A stretch of DNA of 36,794 bases from a virus: positions 1-36,794 of the IMG/VR virus record IMGVR_UViG_3300009702_000009; one strand, 5' to 3'. Below are positions 32,873-36,794 of the stretch, piece by piece. The notes below the pieces were generated by a model. It did no database searches and was not told where the DNA came from. It worked only from the letters and a program-made list of their open reading frames with translations. The position numbers and the translations under genes are program-made. Each line of letters opens with the position of its first letter. Within the stretch, counting starts at the first letter, position 1.

Positions 32873-33790
32873 ATCGTAACATTCAGTAACATAAACAATA
32901 AATATTTAGCAGCAAAAGAAAGTACTTATGGAGTAACTCCTGTAACTTTCACAGAGGTTGACTTAGGTCATATACAGACTTTAAGTATTAAAGAAGAAGA
33001 AAATTCTGAAAAACTTAGAGGGATTAATAGTGGGCATGTTGCCGCATTATTTGAGGACGGATTATATTGGGCAAATGTATCAATAACTACATTATGTACT
33101 AAAGCATCATTACCTGCCCTTTTAGAATTGTGTTTTGGTGGGAGAACAGATGCAATAGATTATACTATCACCTCTAGTAATACTACTATTATAAGTTATT
33201 CAATTAAAGTAAGTTTAACTGACCCTACAACAGGTGATGTTGCTTTAATTAATGGATTTACTGTTAAGGATTTTGAAATTAATGTTGCTAAAGGTGAAAC
33301 TGTTAGTGTCACCATGAATGGTATTGCAAGAGAAGTGACAAAATCCACTGAAAGTATTTCTCCAACAAAAAACACTGATGCTATATTTAAAGATTTAGAT
33401 ACAAGCATTACTGTTGCAGGTAATTCTCATGTATTAAACACATTTACAATTTCAGGTAATTGGAATGTGACAGATGATGAAGGAAGAGGGATTGAAAGTG
33501 TATCTGCAGGAGATAGAAGATTAATTGCAAGAGTGATTAAACATGGGTTTGATGTATCAGGTAGTTATGAAGCTGAGGTGAGTGATAATTCAGAATTTGG
33601 ATATACAGAATCAAGAACTGATGAAGCCATAGTAGTCACTATAACTAGGGGTACAGATAATACACATGTATTTACTATGAGCAATACTAGAAGTTTTGGA
33701 AGAGATTTAGAATTAACTAATGAAAATTCTAAAAGGATTATCAGTTATGATTATGAAACATTAGATTGTGGAGTTACTGGAGACTTATAA
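32873..33790 (+). CDS. Major tail (tube) protein; 5' end uncertain (no canonical start before TTG 33128)
   Basis: The frame is open from 32870 and reads sensibly (..KYLAAKESTYGVTPVTFTEVDLGHIQTLSIKEEE..). GGAGG at 32860-32864 lies 8 nt before ATC 32873. Position is before the chaperone pair. Confidence 0.5.
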   Translation: MVTFSNINNKYLAAKESTYGVTPVTFTEVDLGHIQTLSIKEEENSEKLRGINSGHVAALFEDGLYWANVSITTLCTKASLPALLELCFGGRTDAIDYTITSSNTTIISYSIKVSLTDPTTGDVALINGFTVKDFEINVAKGETVSVTMNGIAREVTKSTESISPTKNTDAIFKDLDTSITVAGNSHVLNTFTISGNWNVTDDEGRGIESVSAGDRRLIARVIKHGFDVSGSYEAEVSDNSEFGYTESRTDEAIVVTITRGTDNTHVFTMSNTRSFGRDLELTNENSKRIISYDYETLDCGVTGDL

Positions 33791-33791
33791 A

Positions 33792-34013
33792 ATGGGAGTC
33801 TTTTTTCAATGGGTATTCCTTTTATTTTTTGCAGGGGTATCTTTTGAATATGGAATTGATTTTGTTGGTTGGTTTATTGTAATAGGATTTGTATTACAGA
33901 TTCTTATTTGGATGCATCCAAATGACAATTTAGAACAAGAAACATTAGATAAATTCTTCATATGGTTACAAAAAAAATTTAAGAAAAATGGTAAAAGAGA
34001 AAATAACGTATAA
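33792..34013 (+). CDS. Small two-helix membrane protein (holin-like), 73 aa
   Basis: MGVFFQWVFLLFFAGVSF...FVGWFIVIGFVLQILIW, then a basic tail KKFKKNGKRENNV. ATG 33792 preferred over GTG 33768. Confidence 0.4.
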   Translation: MGVFFQWVFLLFFAGVSFEYGIDFVGWFIVIGFVLQILIWMHPNDNLEQETLDKFFIWLQKKFKKNGKRENNV

Positions 34014-34296
34014 TGATGGTAGTGAAGTAGAGCTAGAATTAGGAAGTCTAGGATATAGAAGAGCAAGTCAAATAGCTGAAGAGTTTTATTCAATGGATAA
34101 AATGACACAACATGTTAATGGGGATGAGAGCATGAGTGGAGTATTTAAAGTTGCAGCAGCAAGAAGAGCAGCATTAGAATCATTTAAAGACTTAGATTTA
34201 GATAAATTAAGAGGAGAAGATGCTGTAAGGCTTTATGCCAAATATTGTGAAAAAGATATTATGGCAGCAATAGGTAAAAGTCCAGACCCAAATTAG
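33988..34296 (+). CDS. Tail assembly chaperone (G-like)
   Basis: 102-aa ORF between the tube and tape measure genes. Slippery CCCAAAT at 34287-34293, two codons before the stop. Confidence 0.6.
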   Translation: MVKEKITYNDGSEVELELGSLGYRRASQIAEEFYSMDKMTQHVNGDESMSGVFKVAAARRAALESFKDLDLDKLRGEDAVRLYAKYCEKDIMAAIGKSPDPN

Positions 34297-34535
34297 AAAG
34301 GGAGTTTAGAAAATTAATCAAAACTCCCAAAGCAGTCACAAAAATAAGTCCTCAAGCAAAGAGAATAATAACTTTAAGTAATATGGCACTATTAGGAATT
34401 AATATCAATATAGATGATTTGTCAGCAACAGATGTACATAATTTAGAATATTTTGGTATGAGGAGAAGAAATAAAGAGGAAGAATCAAGATTCAAAGCAT
34501 TAGCAAATCTATTTAAAGCAGCATTTAGTAAATAA
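34287..34535 (+). CDS. -1 frameshift extension of the chaperone (GT-like product, about 182 aa in total)
   Basis: The -1 frame is open from 34278 to TAA 34533-34535 (..LEREFRKLIKTPKAV...FKALANLFKAAFSK). It has no independent start codon near its 5' end. Confidence 0.55.
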   Translation, partial: PKLEREFRKLIKTPKAVTKISPQAKRIITLSNMALLGININIDDLSATDVHNLEYFGMRRRNKEEESRFKALANLFKAAFSK

Positions 34536-34549
34536 GGTAAAAATAAAAA

Positions 34550-35653
34550 ATGGCAGATTTTGAAGCAGAAATAAATTTAAAGACACGAAGCAGTAAAGGT
34601 TCATCAAATAGTACTAAAAAAAGTGCAGGAGGGAGTGCGTTTGGTGGTGCTTTTGTTGGCAGCATATTAGGCAATATATTGAGTTCAGTAAAACAACTAT
34701 TTCAACCTATTAAAGCTATGGCAACTTTATTAGTTGCAGCATTATTTCCAATTTTAAAACCATTTTTAATTTTATTTATCAAAGTAGGGATTATGTTATA
34801 TAAATTTTTAAATAAAATTTTAGGAGGTGATAGAGGTCCTGCTGCCTCTTTATCTGGAACTGCAGGATTAAAACAAGAAGATATAGATAAAATTAAAGAA
34901 ACAGGTAAAAAATTAGGATTATCTAATGAAGAGGTAGATAAAAACATTGCTGAAGCTAATACTATAGAAAAAAAGAAAAATAAAGTTCTTGCAACAACAG
35001 GGATGATTCTTGGTGGTTTAGCAGGAATTGGTGCTGTACTTTTAGCAGGATTCTTAGGATTTACTGTAGGACTTCCTACATTACTTATAGGGGCATTTTT
35101 AGGTGCAGTTTTAGGTTTGATTGCTATTGTGTTTGGAAGGGATACTGCTGATTATCTTCTCGGATTTTTAACTGAGGCTTTTAATTATATTAAAGAAGCA
35201 TTTAGTAAGTTTCCAAGAAATATTAAAGCCGCATGGAAAGCTTTTATAGGTTTATTGTCTGACACATGGGATAAAGTTATCAAAACTTTATCTGAAGCTT
35301 TTTCAGGGATTGGAGATATAGCTTCTTCAGTTTGGGGATGGATTAAAGGATTATTTAAAGGAACAATAGATGTTGCAGGACAAGTTTGGAGTTTTATTAA
35401 AAGTTTATTTAGTGGAGGTTCTGGGGGTGGACACCATTCAAGTGTTAATGATGCAATAATTACTCCTAATGGTGATATAATTAGAACTAATCCTAGTGAT
35501 TATTTAATTGCAACAAAAAATCCTGATGCGATTGGAGGTGGAGGTTTATCTAATGTTAATGTAACTATAACAGGTGGATTAATCACAGAAGAAGTTGCAA
35601 GAGATATTGGAAAAATTCTTCAAAGAGAATTGAATTTAGGGGGTAGGTTTTAA
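34550..35653 (+). CDS. Tape measure protein (short, 367 aa)
   Basis: Follows the chaperone pair. Central hydrophobic, Gly-rich helices. C-terminal ..NDAIITPNGDIIRTNPSDYLIATKNP.. Confidence 0.6.
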   Translation: MADFEAEINLKTRSSKGSSNSTKKSAGGSAFGGAFVGSILGNILSSVKQLFQPIKAMATLLVAALFPILKPFLILFIKVGIMLYKFLNKILGGDRGPAASLSGTAGLKQEDIDKIKETGKKLGLSNEEVDKNIAEANTIEKKKNKVLATTGMILGGLAGIGAVLLAGFLGFTVGLPTLLIGAFLGAVLGLIAIVFGRDTADYLLGFLTEAFNYIKEAFSKFPRNIKAAWKAFIGLLSDTWDKVIKTLSEAFSGIGDIASSVWGWIKGLFKGTIDVAGQVWSFIKSLFSGGSGGGHHSSVNDAIITPNGDIIRTNPSDYLIATKNPDAIGGGGLSNVNVTITGGLITEEVARDIGKILQRELNLGGRF

Positions 35654-36111
35654 TGGCTTATAGTATTACTATTACTAATAGTAATGGAAAGAAATATAGA
35701 TTTTATGATGCAGAGGTTACAACTGCTTCATTTGCTTATGGAACAAAGATGTTTAAACAATCTCTACCTGACGATAATGGGGAGAATGCGATAGTTATTA
35801 ATTTAGGTAAAGATAAAAGCATTAGTGCTGCATTCAAATTAGTTGATACCACAAACACAGCTGAAGATGCTGCAATGGGTACACATACTAGTACAATATA
35901 TACTATTGCCCAAAAATTAACTTATATTATTGATACTATTATCACACCAGGTATTGAAGACACATATACTATTGATTTACAAACCCACACAGGAAGTATT
36001 ACAGGCAAAATAGGGATTATTGAGGATTGGAATTTTGATTTTTCAAATCAAAACCCTAATATCTTGATGGGTTCATTAAGATTTAGTATTGGTGGTGGAT
36101 TAACACAATAA
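35653..36111 (+). CDS. Distal tail protein candidate (position only)
   Basis: ATG overlaps the tape measure stop (TAATG); 152 aa. Confidence 0.35.
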   Translation: MAYSITITNSNGKKYRFYDAEVTTASFAYGTKMFKQSLPDDNGENAIVINLGKDKSISAAFKLVDTTNTAEDAAMGTHTSTIYTIAQKLTYIIDTIITPGIEDTYTIDLQTHTGSITGKIGIIEDWNFDFSNQNPNILMGSLRFSIGGGLTQ

Positions 36112-36794
36112 TGGTTACTCATAAATTTAAATTTGGAACAGTAGAAACAGGGTATTTATTAGTTGCATCAGCAAGATATTCTGAAACTACAACTACAGTA
36201 AGCAAAATGAATTTTGTTTTACAATCTAGTTTAACTACATTTTTATTAGGGGATATTGTAGAATTTTATGATTCAACAACAACACTTAAATTCAAAGGGG
36301 AAATCACTAGAGCTGAAGTAGCTTCTTCTGTTTGGACAATTGAAGTAAAAGATTTAGGAAATATATTAACAAATACTAGATTCACTACAGTTTATAGAAA
36401 TAAGAGCCCTGAATTTATTATTGAAGATATTATTACAAATTACACAACTTTAACATATAGTAGCACAATTTCTACAGGTGAAATATTACCAAAACAGACT
36501 TTTAGAGATGATATATTACTTGACGGAATTACTAAAATGATGGAAACTTTTAATGGTACATTTAGTGTTTCAAAAACAGGAATATTCACATTAATTCAAA
36601 AACAAAATTCAATTAATACAAATCAGATTAATTCAACAAATGGTGATATTTTACAAGGAAAATGGAAGAATGATGCTAATAAAAAATATACTAAAATTAT
36701 TGTTGAAGGTGCTAATATTGACCAACAGAATGAAGAAACTTTTATTGGAAGTCAATCTCAAGTAACTTTAGCTAAACCCCCTAAAAATATTAAA
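36111..36794 (+). CDS. Tail tip protein (Tal-like by position), N-terminal part; continues across the wrap into 1..837
   Basis: ATG at 36111 overlaps the TAA of the upstream gene (TAATG). The frame is open to the window end and matches the frame of 1..837 once the 123-nt overlap is collapsed (465 aa combined). It follows the tape measure and a Dit-like gene. Confidence 0.6.
   Translation, partial: MVTHKFKFGTVETGYLLVASARYSETTTTVSKMNFVLQSSLTTFLLGDIVEFYDSTTTLKFKGEITRAEVASSVWTIEVKDLGNILTNTRFTTVYRNKSPEFIIEDIITNYTTLTYSSTISTGEILPKQTFRDDILLDGITKMMETFNGTFSVSKTGIFTLIQKQNSINTNQINSTNGDILQGKWKNDANKKYTKIIVEGANIDQQNEETFIGSQSQVTLAKPPKNIK
36672..36794. repeat. Terminal overlap, copy B (identical to 1-123)
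   Basis: Direct comparison with bases 1-123. Unit genome length is 36,671 bp. Confidence 0.9.

Noticed and set aside
33128-33790. TTG 33128 as the true start of the tail tube gene
   Set aside because: It would discard 258 nt of open, protein-like upstream frame and leave a long untranslated gap inside a tightly packed operon. It is kept only as the fallback interpretation.

Overview
Strongly AT-rich window that appears to hold one complete head-tailed (HK97-lineage, siphovirus-like) virus genome. Bases 1-123 are identical to 36672-36794, which gives a 36,671-bp circular or circularly permuted unit, and a tail gene reads in frame across that junction. Every convincing gene is on the + strand except one 47-aa ribbon-helix-helix (RHH) gene. 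Modules, in map order: tail tip, fibre and membrane proteins (36111 -> wrap -> 3753); a 576-bp non-coding control region (3754-4329); about 9 kb of very small early genes (RHH, winged-helix, zinc-ribbon, SWIM, ParB-like, an HNH homing endonuclease, a C5-methyltransferase remnant); then packaging, head and tail genes. These are a large terminase carrying an intein, portal, MuF-like protein, a second HNH, a 1963-aa beta-helix protein, protease-scaffold, major capsid protein, connectors, tail tube, a frameshifted chaperone pair, tape measure and distal tail proteins. Promoter grammar points to an archaeal host: ten exact and three near copies of TTTATAAATA, seven of them 19-22 nt upstream of a start codon with no leader. 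The host genus cannot be named from sequence alone. No integrase, DNA polymerase, primase, helicase, recognisable lysin, tRNA or CRISPR array was seen. Most notable observations: (1) a class-3-type (Trp/Cys/Thr) intein with a LAGLIDADG endonuclease splitting the terminase P-loop and starting with Gln; (2) a 62-nt, 60/62-identical segment shared by the portal C-terminal region and the predicted mature N-terminus of the capsid protein; (3) a recurrent E-[LFT]-K-S motif in scaffold, capsid propeptide and portal, probably maturation cleavage sites; (4) a thrice-repeated promoter/palindrome/leader cassette; (5) a control region with inverted 14-nt motifs beside an interrupted RHH gene; (6) coding-looking ORFs with no canonical start, including the tail tube; (7) two structured non-coding RNA candidates. 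All functional calls rest on motif recognition and gene order. No database search was possible.
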